Assembly: GCA_965205655.1 (NCBI GenBank)
Contig: CBDBIJ010000124.1
Coordinates: 1 to 16,105 of the forward strand
Reading direction: 5' to 3'
Origin: Candidatus Latescibacterota bacterium
GTDB taxonomy: Bacteria > Latescibacterota > UBA2968 > UBA8231
Length of the DNA: 16,105 nt
The notes below the pieces were generated by a model. That model was not told where the DNA came from, searched no databases, and was given only the letters and a program-made list of their open reading frames with translations. Position 1 is the stretch's first letter, and every line of letters starts with the position of its first letter. Positions 9,281 through 16,105 of the stretch are shown piece by piece. The translations under genes were made by a program, and so were the position numbers.

Positions 9281-10568
9281 GGCATCGTAACAAATTAAAC
9301 GCTGTACTTTTTAGGAGTAGAGTTGTACCCTTGATGTGTGGACGTCGAGACCCTGCAGAGCAAGTTCGAGATCCTCGCCCCGGCGCTGACGGAGCGGTCT
9401 CGGCGATTGTGGGCCGCCACCGAGGCTCTGGCGTTGGGGCATGGCGGTATTGCACTGGTCGCACGGGCGACCGGGATGGCGCGTTCGACCATTTCGCGGG
9501 GCATTCAAGAGCTGGAGTCGGGGGAAGCGTTGAATCCGGATCGCGCGCGGCGCCCCGGCGGCGGTCGCAAGCGAACGATCGACAAGGACATCGCACTGCT
9601 GGCGGATCTGGAGGCGCTGCTCGATCCGACGACCGCGGGTTGGCCCGACGCGCCATTGCGCTGGACTTCGAAAAGTACGCGCAAGCTGGCGGCCGAACTG
9701 CAGGCGATGGGGCACACGGTGAGTCATCGCCTGGTCGCGGCGTTGTTGCGTGATCTGGGCTACACCCTGCAAGCGCATCGAAAGACCCGCGAAGGCACGC
9801 AACATCCCGATCGGGACGCTCAGTTCCAGTATCTCAACGACCAGGTGCTTGGATGTCAGAAGCGGGGGAGCCCGGTGATCTCGGTGGACACCAAGAAGAA
9901 AGAATTGGTAGGGGATTTCAAAAACCCCGGTCAGGACTGGCGACCGAAGGGAAGCCCCGAGCGGGTGCGCATGCACGATTTTCTCATCCCCGAACAGGGC
10001 AAGGCCATTCCCTACGGAGTCTACGACCTGACCCGCGACGAAGGCTGGGTCAGTGTGGGCATCGACCATGACACCGCCCACTTCGCCGTCAACTCCATCC
10101 GCAGTTGGTGGCAAAAGATGGGGCGCTCGGTCTACGGTGGCGCCTCTCAGCTGCTGATCACGGCGGATGCGGGAGGGAGCAACGGGCCGAAGACGCGCCT
10201 GTGGAAGGCCGAGTTGCAGAAGTTTGCCAACCGCACCGGCCTCTCCATCACCGTGTGTCACTACCCTCCCGGCACCAGCAAATGGAACAAGATCGAACAT
10301 CGGCTCTTCTGCCACATCGCCATCTGGCGCAGCAAAGCGTTGACGAGTCTGGCCGCGATCGTCAGTCTCATCGGCTCGACGACGACGACAACCGGGCTGC
10401 GCGTCCGATCCGAAATCGACAAGCGCTCCTACCCCAAAGGCGTCGCCGTCGGCGATGAACAAATGGCTCAGGTCAATCTGAAACGTCACGACTTTCACGG
10501 GGACTGGAACTACACCATTCATCCCATCGGGTCTCGAAGAAATTGATCGGTTATTTCTTGCCGGTCCC
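9281..10568 (+). mobile_element. ISAzo13-family insertion sequence, 1288 bp
   Basis: Flanked by TAA at 9278-9280 and 10569-10571; imperfect terminal inverted repeats GGCATCGTAACAAATTAA and (reverse complement) GGGACCGGCAAGAAATAA, 11/18 identical; one transposase fills the element. Confidence 0.9.
9338..10546 (+). CDS. ISAzo13-family DDE transposase
   Basis: LTERSRRLWAA, RRPGGGRK, PLRWTSKS, HPDRDAQF, ISVDTKKKE (D), ITADAGGSN (D), PPGTSKWNKIEHRLF (E), FHGDWNYTI; GTG start. Confidence 0.95.
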   Translation: MDVETLQSKFEILAPALTERSRRLWAATEALALGHGGIALVARATGMARSTISRGIQELESGEALNPDRARRPGGGRKRTIDKDIALLADLEALLDPTTAGWPDAPLRWTSKSTRKLAAELQAMGHTVSHRLVAALLRDLGYTLQAHRKTREGTQHPDRDAQFQYLNDQVLGCQKRGSPVISVDTKKKELVGDFKNPGQDWRPKGSPERVRMHDFLIPEQGKAIPYGVYDLTRDEGWVSVGIDHDTAHFAVNSIRSWWQKMGRSVYGGASQLLITADAGGSNGPKTRLWKAELQKFANRTGLSITVCHYPPGTSKWNKIEHRLFCHIAIWRSKALTSLAAIVSLIGSTTTTTGLRVRSEIDKRSYPKGVAVGDEQMAQVNLKRHDFHGDWNYTIHPIGSRRN

Positions 10569-10738
10569 TAAGGGAACAGAAAGGCCATATAGCTCGCAGC
10601 CGAACCCATCCGGAAAATGAGGTGAAAAGTGCCGCCGAATGGGCAGGTCTCTCGCTTGTTTAAAGCCCGAGCTCATGGCACCGGCAAGGAAAAGGTTTGC
10701 GGCGCCTGGACACGGCGGAATCTATTGGTGCCGCGACA

Positions 10739-12682
10739 TCACATGTAACCCAGCTTGTTGCCGACCGCGCCGGTTGCGTAGTCGATGGCGGTCCACACAC
10801 CTCCGCAAGTCGCTTCGCCCATGATGAGGCCGAGGAAGAATGGCTTGAGATTGGCGAAGAGTGAGGCGCCGAAGTAGCGCAGAATGACCACCTTGAGAAG
10901 CCAGGCGATGAAGGCGGAGAACCAGATATGGCCGGTCATGAAGCCGGCGCAGACGACAAATCCCAGCGGGTGGAGGGGCCACCAGAACCAGCGGTGATTG
11001 GCCCACATCAGAAACCCTTCGATGGCGCCGCCGATGCCGGTGAGGATCCAACCCCGTACGTTGACATCGGGCTGGTTGAGGAGCACGGGGTTCAAAAAGT
11101 GCCAGTTGTTGCCGTTGCCGAGAAAAGGCCCTCCCAGATTGATGCCTCCATGTTCGTATCCGAGGGTCAACAGCATCCATGTTCCACCTACGAGACTGCA
11201 TGCCACTGCCAGCACCATCCCCACGAACAGGCGACCCTTTGGCCCTCTTACCGTTTCGGCAAGCTTGAGGCCGTTGGCGCAGGCAATCATCGGGAACAGC
11301 CGCATCTCCGCCTGCCAACCCATCGCCATGCCCATGGCGACAATCCCCTTGCTACCCAGAATTGACGTGCCCAGCCCGGAGATGACGACGTACGGCGAGA
11401 CGATTGGTGGCCGCGCCGACGGAATGCCGCCGGCGGCGGTGACCCTCGTCAGCATGATGTAATAGACGAGGACCACGAGCATGAAGAAGGGAACGACGAG
11501 GGCTGGCACCCCGGAGTACCACAGCCAAACGGCGATGAACAAGACACTGATTGCGAAACCACACAGAGCGGCCCGGTAGGAGAGCAACTCTTCCGCGTCG
11601 ATGCCATCTTCATCGACCTGTGGATGCCACGCGCTGTGCCAGACCGCTTTCAGGTGGGCTCGTCCGACCCACAGGCCGAAGAAAACGAAGACGATGACGG
11701 CTCCCACTGCCTGATGATTCATGTCGGGTGTGTTGTAGTTTTCGTACTGGCTTAGAACCTCGTTGCTCGCTATACCCATCGTCGTCAGCAGCCCGTCCTC
11801 GATTTTTGTGAGCAGGTAAAAGAACCAGACGCTGAAGACGATACTGTGGTCGACGAGATAGAAAAACCCGACCCATGCAAAGCTGTAGGTGATGGGAATG
11901 CCGCTGGTCCCCTCGAAAGGCTGGATCCCTCCCAGGCTGTACTGCCACTCCGGCACTTGCGGAAAATAGTGATTCAGCGCTGTGAAACTGAAGAGCGTGA
12001 AAGGCACCGCGAATCCGAGCCACACCACCGGATTGCGGAAGAATGGTGCGATGCGTGCCAGTGGATCGTCACCCGACTCGATCATCTGCAACGGCAACTG
12101 CACCATGGGATAGGCGAGTCGCTCGTTCTTCGACCACTGGCGGTGCAGAATGCCGCACAGACAGAACATCATGATGCTGAGCGCCATGAAGAAGGAGAAC
12201 CAGACTCCCAGCGGCGTCAGCCATAGCTCCCACGGAATTGACTGACCTGCTGGCAATCCTTCGTAGAGGTGTCGGATCGCATCGATTTTCTGCGGCGCAA
12301 TCCATTCTGGAAGATGGGGATGAATCAGCGAGGCCCAGTTGTTCTCCGTGCTCGCCGAGTAAAAGGGCACGCAGATGACCGGTATGATGTAGACGAGCAG
12401 GTTCTGCGTCGGCACCGTCAAAGCCACGAGCATCATGACGTAGACGAGGACGAGTTCTGCCCGATTGAGCGCCAAGGGGCGGCGGATGAGTCCGAGCAGG
12501 GTGTTGATGAAGAGGGTGAAAATGAAGAACAGGAAAACGCCCCCAAGCTGAGACGCGTGGGCGCCCCACTCGGACCCCCGGATCATGATCATGCCGTAGG
12601 GCGCGACGAGACCGATGAAAACGGACATGACGGCGCCGACGAAGAGGCCCCGAATTGTGAAGGGTGATTTCCTGTCCTTCAT
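10739..12682 (-). CDS. Large polytopic membrane protein, probable transporter (resembles DUF6785/DUF6784 proteins)
   Basis: 647 aa with many hydrophobic segments; motifs AELVLVY, RQWSKNERLAYP, WWPLHPLGF, AWLLKVVILRYFG, PFFLGLIMGE; GGAGG upstream. Family name is from recall. Confidence 0.75.
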   Translation of the reverse strand: MKDRKSPFTIRGLFVGAVMSVFIGLVAPYGMIMIRGSEWGAHASQLGGVFLFFIFTLFINTLLGLIRRPLALNRAELVLVYVMMLVALTVPTQNLLVYIIPVICVPFYSASTENNWASLIHPHLPEWIAPQKIDAIRHLYEGLPAGQSIPWELWLTPLGVWFSFFMALSIMMFCLCGILHRQWSKNERLAYPMVQLPLQMIESGDDPLARIAPFFRNPVVWLGFAVPFTLFSFTALNHYFPQVPEWQYSLGGIQPFEGTSGIPITYSFAWVGFFYLVDHSIVFSVWFFYLLTKIEDGLLTTMGIASNEVLSQYENYNTPDMNHQAVGAVIVFVFFGLWVGRAHLKAVWHSAWHPQVDEDGIDAEELLSYRAALCGFAISVLFIAVWLWYSGVPALVVPFFMLVVLVYYIMLTRVTAAGGIPSARPPIVSPYVVISGLGTSILGSKGIVAMGMAMGWQAEMRLFPMIACANGLKLAETVRGPKGRLFVGMVLAVACSLVGGTWMLLTLGYEHGGINLGGPFLGNGNNWHFLNPVLLNQPDVNVRGWILTGIGGAIEGFLMWANHRWFWWPLHPLGFVVCAGFMTGHIWFSAFIAWLLKVVILRYFGASLFANLKPFFLGLIMGEATCGGVWTAIDYATGAVGNKLGYM

Positions 12683-12835
12683 TCGGCTTCAGCACCTCCT
12701 CGCTTCCGCGACCGTGTCGTCACATGGTGGTGCCAGCTACAGACTTGCTCCCATTCCGGTCGAGTCGCACCAGCAGGAGGCCGGTGACACCGGGCGTATC
12801 CAATCTGATGTACAGAAGCCGAGCGTCTCTTGGTC

Positions 12836-14161
12836 CTACCAGCAAACCTCGACGACATCGGGCAACTCGGTCCGCGCTTCCGACGGTACAGAGACCTTGA
12901 GCACGCCATCGGTAAAGGCGCCCTGCAGCTGGTCGCCGGTGCGCAGCAGCCTGATTGCCTCCGGACTGGAGGCCGCTTTGACCTCAGCCGCATCCGTGAA
13001 GTCGGGCAGAAAGTGAAGATAGGAAACTCCCTCGCGCTCGGTGACAGGCACACTGGCTTCATCCGGATAGGACCCGCCGTACGTGCCCTGGACCGACTCG
13101 CCGCTGTGTTTCATCCAGGCCGCAATCGCCGACAGCGTCTCGAGTGCAGGAGCAGGCATTTCGCCGGCCGAGTTTGGACCGAAGTTGAGCAGGTAGTTGC
13201 CTCCCCAGGCGCTGACGAGAACGAACTCCTCCAGCATGACCGCCAGAGAGCGGTACTTGGCGCCCTCGATGTGACCCCAGCTCGGGGCCCCGAGGTATTT
13301 GCTGACGTTGTGATCGTACTGATCAATTGTCGTCGTACAAAACTCGAAAGGCCGCTCCGGTCGTTTCGCCGCCAGCTTCTCGTAGCGACACTCGAAGGTG
13401 CTGAAGTCCCCGCTGCCTTCCCCGTGGCCGCGATCGTTGATCATGACCCCCGGCTGCAATTCCCGCACGCGCTCGTTCGTCATGGCCGAGCCGCCGTCGT
13501 ACCAGAGCACATCGAGGTCTCCGTACTGGGTCAGCAGCTCCTCCATCTGGCCGATGACGTACGGTCCCTCCTCATCTTCGTGTTTCTGCTTCTCATTGGT
13601 CACCCACTCCTGCTGCGGCATGCCCGTCGAGGCATCCCACGACGGCAGTTCGATCGGTTCGTGACGCAAACCGAGGGGCGCGTCGGCGTAGCCGAAAGAG
13701 CGGCGATGACGCTCCCGGTACCAGTCCCCGGGTGAGTAGTAAAACCCGACCTTGATGTCGTTGTTGCGGCACGCTTCGACGAAGGTCTTCACGAGGTCGC
13801 GGCCGCCCATGTGGGTCCTCGTGCTCAGGTCGCCGAACGCGCTCGGCCACAAGGCGTAGCCATCGTGATGCCTCGTTGTCAGGCAGACATAGCGAAAACC
13901 GGCCGCCTTCGCCGCTTTCATCCAGATGTCGGGATCGTAATTCTGCGGATCGAACTCGTCCGCCTGTTTCCAATACTCTTCCGGAGTCAGCTTGTTCTCG
14001 TTGTTGCGCTCCGCATCGTACGGCGTGTTTTTGATCATGCACCACGAGAGATCGCCAACTGCTCTGACGCTGGAAATACCCCAGTGGATGAACATGCCCA
14101 GCCCTGCGGTCTCGTACCAGTCCGCGCTTGCTGTTGCGTTTGCTGGTGTGAGTTTTCTCAT
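12836..14161 (-). CDS. GH29 alpha-L-fucosidase-like glycoside hydrolase, no evident signal peptide
   Basis: GMFIHWG, FDPQNYDPDIW, TTRHHDGYALW, GFYYS, LWYDG (nucleophile Asp), INDR, GGNYLLNFGP. ATG 14161 lies 7 nt after GGAG; the ORF track starts at TTG 14167. Confidence 0.92.
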   Translation of the reverse strand: MRKLTPANATASADWYETAGLGMFIHWGISSVRAVGDLSWCMIKNTPYDAERNNENKLTPEEYWKQADEFDPQNYDPDIWMKAAKAAGFRYVCLTTRHHDGYALWPSAFGDLSTRTHMGGRDLVKTFVEACRNNDIKVGFYYSPGDWYRERHRRSFGYADAPLGLRHEPIELPSWDASTGMPQQEWVTNEKQKHEDEEGPYVIGQMEELLTQYGDLDVLWYDGGSAMTNERVRELQPGVMINDRGHGEGSGDFSTFECRYEKLAAKRPERPFEFCTTTIDQYDHNVSKYLGAPSWGHIEGAKYRSLAVMLEEFVLVSAWGGNYLLNFGPNSAGEMPAPALETLSAIAAWMKHSGESVQGTYGGSYPDEASVPVTEREGVSYLHFLPDFTDAAEVKAASSPEAIRLLRTGDQLQGAFTDGVLKVSVPSEARTELPDVVEVCW

Positions 14162-14180
14162 GCTCAATCTCCAGTTCCAA

Positions 14181-14981
14181 TCATCCGGCTATCTCCGAAA
14201 CGGGTCGCGCCCCGGAAGCGAGGCTGCCGTCCGTGCCCCACTCGGTCTGATCTCGTTCCGTCTCCAACCCACAGAGCCACTCCCAGGTGCGCCGACATCG
14301 AATGCGCTCGCGATAGTGTTCGACGTTGGTGACGTATGGCTGAATCCTCACATCCTCGTACTCCGGAATTTCCTTTGAGTCCGTGATCCAGTCGCGCTTC
14401 GGCTTTGCGCTACGGAAGTATGAGAACTTGATCATGCCGCGACGTCGGTCATTCAGCTTGGGACCCGCCTTGTGCCAGATCCCGTAGTGACCCAGCACAA
14501 CCGTACCCGCCGGCACGGTGAGTGAGAGCTGACCGGCGAGATCACCGTAGTGGGCAATCGCCTCGCGGTCTACCAGCCTGTACGCCGATCCTGGCAGAAT
14601 CATCGTCGGCCCGTCTTCGAGCCTGACCTCCTGTGGATAGTAGTAACATTGCAGGTGGGTGACGCCGATACCGGTTTCGGACAACCCGTCCGAGTGCCAC
14701 GTCTGTCCTTCGTGAGGCGCCTCGTAGAGGTGGTGGTGCGCCTTCGTCGGCACGAGGAATCCCTTTCCCAGCAGCGAGCGAGCGACGCCGGCGACTTCTG
14801 GATGGAGGAAGAGCCCCTCGATGAATTCCGGCGTCTGCACCAGTGGTGCCAGGCTCCTGTCCGGCAGTGCTTCGTAGCGCTCGCGAAGGTCGTCCGATAC
14901 AACCCCTTCGAGCAGCACGTAGCCCCTGGCGACGAACTCCATGACGTCGCGGTCGGTCATTGTTGGTTGAATGTCGGTCAT
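14181..14981 (-). CDS. PhyH family Fe(II)/2-oxoglutarate dioxygenase (divergent from the other two)
   Basis: FVARGYVLLE, TWHSDG (HxD), YYPQ..GPTMILPGS, VPAGTVV..IWHK, RRGMIKF. Confidence 0.88.
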   Translation of the reverse strand: MTDIQPTMTDRDVMEFVARGYVLLEGVVSDDLRERYEALPDRSLAPLVQTPEFIEGLFLHPEVAGVARSLLGKGFLVPTKAHHHLYEAPHEGQTWHSDGLSETGIGVTHLQCYYYPQEVRLEDGPTMILPGSAYRLVDREAIAHYGDLAGQLSLTVPAGTVVLGHYGIWHKAGPKLNDRRRGMIKFSYFRSAKPKRDWITDSKEIPEYEDVRIQPYVTNVEHYRERIRCRRTWEWLCGLETERDQTEWGTDGSLASGARPVSEIAG

Positions 14982-15343
14982 GTGCGATCAAACCTCTCGA
15001 GCACGAATTCGTAACCCACGTAGCTGTTCTGCTCTGTGAAGGGATAGCTCTGCGGGGCCGGAAACTGCAGAATGCGCCAGCCGTCGCGGACGGCGTCGAT
15101 AACGGAGGCGTACGGCGGATCCGATGACGGCAGCCTCGGGTCGGTTTCCATGCCTGGATCACACAGTTGCCAGCCGACGATCTTGGCCTGCATATCACTG
15201 CGTCTCGAGAGCAAGTAGAGAATCTTCTGCTTCGGCTTGGAGAGCAAGTGCTCGAGCGTCGCGAGATCCCCCTGTGAGAATTCGCCCGCAGCAACTCGCG
15301 CCCTGCTGGTTTCGATCCAATGCTCTATGGGATTGGTCGCCAT
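14978..15343 (-). CDS. Hypothetical protein, 121 aa, translationally coupled to the downstream PhyH gene
   Basis: AAAGGAG RBS; ATGA 4-bp stop/start overlap at 14978-14981; protein-like motifs QKILYL, PPYASVIDAVRDGWRILQFP, YEFVLER. Confidence 0.82.
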   Translation of the reverse strand: MATNPIEHWIETSRARVAAGEFSQGDLATLEHLLSKPKQKILYLLSRRSDMQAKIVGWQLCDPGMETDPRLPSSDPPYASVIDAVRDGWRILQFPAPQSYPFTEQNSYVGYEFVLERFDRT

Positions 15344-15416
15344 CCGTCTCCTTTGGGATCGCCGCTATGGTGTCGGGTGTAGGGTACCGGTAGGTTGGCA
15401 TTTCCTGTGCCCCGAG

Positions 15417-16105
15417 TCAATCACTGGGCGATCCGCGTGCACGCGATCCGCCTCTCCTGCTCGCGGCGAGAAACCACTGGTCTGCCGCATCCGCCGTTGC
15501 CGTGCCGTGCATGCGCCACTTTTCGGCAATGGCGACGTTGCGCAGATCCCGGGAGATGACAAAAGGCACCGGCGTCTCGGCGACGGTGCCGATCACCCAT
15601 AGATTGTCAGACAGGAGTTGGAAGATCTCCACGCCGATTCGCGTCCTCTCTTTTTCGGTAGGCGACGAGAAGAGCTCTCTCCGCTTCTCGTACACCATCT
15701 TCATCCAGTTCGGTGGCTCTTCCCCGTTCTCGCCCCCCGTCTCGTTCCAGCGACGCCACAGTAAAGTCGCCATATTGCCGCTGATGAAGGAGCCATCGAT
15801 CGGTACGGCCGCATTCGCCCACCAAGCGGTCATCTGAACCTGGTTGCTGTTCTGCAGCTGCCCGTATAGACCTGTCGGCTTGACCAGGAGATCAATGCCG
15901 AGCGCGCGCCAGTATTCCTTGGCCAGTTCAGCGCCGCTGACCCATTCGATCTGGCCGCTGGGAACGTCCATACGCAGAATGAGCCTGTCGCCGTCCGGGC
16001 GCAGTCGGTACTGACGCGCCGCATCCCACTTCAGACCCATGTCGTCGAGGAAGGCGTTCGCCCTGTCGATGTCGTACTCCGCGTACGAATTGGCAAATTC
16101 CTCTT
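15417..16105 (-). CDS. ABC transporter substrate-binding protein, family 5 (C-terminal part; 5' end outside window)
   Basis: Frame open to the right edge: EEFANSYAEYDIDRANAFLDDMGL..YRLRPDG, EYWRALGIDL, NLWVIGTV, LRNV, DQWF. Confidence 0.85.
   Translation of the reverse strand, partial: EEFANSYAEYDIDRANAFLDDMGLKWDAARQYRLRPDGDRLILRMDVPSGQIEWVSGAELAKEYWRALGIDLLVKPTGLYGQLQNSNQVQMTAWWANAAVPIDGSFISGNMATLLWRRWNETGGENGEEPPNWMKMVYEKRRELFSSPTEKERTRIGVEIFQLLSDNLWVIGTVAETPVPFVISRDLRNVAIAEKWRMHGTATADAADQWFLAASRRGGSRARGSPSD

Larger units (their letters stand above)
8533..10663 (+). pseudogene. PhyH family dioxygenase interrupted by an ISAzo13-family element (parts 8533-9280 and 10572-10663)
   Basis: LWHQD, ENGCMQFVPG, FHQG, RWSLDWRY before the IS. 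Joining across the IS gives ..QDTLREQKGHIARSRTHPENEVKSAAEWAGLSLV-stop (TAA 10661-10663), 279 aa, matching the GFIARSRAHPD tail of the 4244-5056 paralog. Confidence 0.92.

Noticed and set aside
8533..9753. 406-aa ORF as a native PhyH fusion protein
   Set aside because: The tail after about residue 250 is off-frame IS sequence; the true C-terminus lies at 10572-10663.
9311..10522. 403-aa minus ORF spanning the IS
   Set aside because: Antisense shadow of the transposase with no recognisable domain.
12683..12835. 153-bp gap before the membrane protein gene as a possible riboswitch or ncRNA
   Set aside because: No recognisable aptamer consensus or strong structure by eye; an Rfam/Infernal scan would decide.
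12830..13735. 301-aa plus ORF and other ORFs overlapping GH29, the membrane protein and PhyH genes
   Set aside because: Antisense or off-frame shadows expected in GC-rich coding DNA.

Overview
GC-rich bacterial window with no rRNA, tRNA or CRISPR. Left: a lipoprotein-like FG-GAP(x7)/ASPIC-UnbV/TPR gene (minus strand, running off the left edge and missing from the ORF track) sits head-to-head with an HTTM-family membrane gene. Middle: a PhyH dioxygenase divergent from a tandem alpha/beta-hydrolase and a Gfo/Idh/MocA oxidoreductase, then a lower-GC PhyH gene split by a complete ISAzo13-family IS (TAA target duplication; the gene can be rebuilt by removing the IS). Right: a minus-strand run of family-5 ABC substrate-binding protein (partial), a small hypothetical coupled to a third PhyH, a GH29 alpha-L-fucosidase-like enzyme and a 647-aa polytopic membrane protein. 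The best candidate for an undescribed system is this PhyH-rich import/hydrolysis/oxidation cluster for modified glycosides. All family calls come from motif recognition, not database searches.
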